From an uncultured Candidatus Saccharibacteria bacterium (GTDB lineage: Bacteria > Patescibacteriota > Doudnabacteria > UBA920): a stretch of DNA of 62,831 nucleotides. A program made the position numbers and the translations under genes. The notes beneath the pieces are model-generated. The model was not told the DNA's origin. It saw nothing but the letters and a program-made list of their open reading frames with translations, and searched no databases. Position 1 is the stretch's first letter; the number at the start of each line of letters is the position of its first letter. Positions 62,511 through 62,831 of this stretch are shown piece by piece. The stretch spans positions 793-63,623 of the forward strand of contig CAZDIP010000005.1 of the NCBI GenBank assembly GCA_964505635.1, read 5' to 3'.

Positions 62511-62745
62511 TATGCCAGGTTGACATGCCAGTGCGTTTGATTTTACCTTCAGAGTTAAGATCCTGTGTAACTTCTGCTACATCATTCATTCCTACCATAT
62601 GGTGATTATCGCCCGCGGTTGTTTTAACGATCTCTAATAACTCAGATTCTGAAATGCCAATTTGTCCCGCAGATTTAATTTTTTCATAAACCGCAGTTTT
62701 TACACGGTCTGACCAGCGATTTTCGGGTTGTATTGGTTTTTCCAT
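62497..62745 (-). CDS. hypothetical protein (82 aa)
   Basis: ORF convergent with recX, overlapping its end by 14 nt. No motif recognised. Confidence 0.4.
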   Translation of the reverse strand: MEKPIQPENRWSDRVKTAVYEKIKSAGQIGISESELLEIVKTTAGDNHHMVGMNDVAEVTQDLNSEGKIKRTGMSTWHIKTP

Positions 62746-62831
62746 AATATATATTTATAAATATTGAGATTGTTAAATAAACCTGTTGGTGAAAAAATAC
62801 AATTAAGCCTTGAATACAGGTTTTTTTATTT

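Overview
This window looks like a chromosomal segment from a low-GC, small-genome bacterium. Gene content and style fit a CPR/Patescibacteria-type organism, but that placement is an inference. The standard code applies: TGA is used as a stop (for example at 36633-36635) and Trp is TGG. Recognisable housekeeping genes are infC-rpmI-rplT, argS, ileS, rsmA, smpB with its tmRNA, a DEAD-box helicase, a cold-shock protein and clpC. There is an unusually dense set of DNA recombination, repair and competence genes: recO, a uvrD/pcrA-type helicase, radA, recG, comFC and recX. Several transporters are also present. The main feature is a roughly 19-kb block of 14 same-strand genes at 32.5-51.2 kb. It encodes mostly signal-anchored or secreted proteins of unknown family around a Gram-positive-type minimal type IV secretion core: a PrgI/VirB3-like protein, a VirB4 ATPase, a giant VirB6/TrbL-like polytopic protein and an SLT-type cell-wall hydrolase. 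No relaxase, coupling ATPase, VirB11 or integrase is present anywhere in the window. RNA genes found by eye are tmRNA, tRNA-Arg(CCG), tRNA-Ser(UGA), tRNA-Ser(GCU) and a class II (long variable arm) tRNA whose 7-nt anticodon loop reads CCA. Other points worth a second look:
- Four visibly GC-enriched, hairpin-dense intergenic blocks of unknown function.
- A duplicated tRNA 3' end.
- Identical 34-nt palindromes bracketing a PaaX-like regulator gene.
- In-frame palindromic insertions inside rsmA, the uvrD-type helicase and ileS.
- A CIRCE-like operator on the clpC promoter.
- A 17-mer shared by the radA and comFC upstream regions.

All family calls rest on motif recognition by eye. No database search was run.
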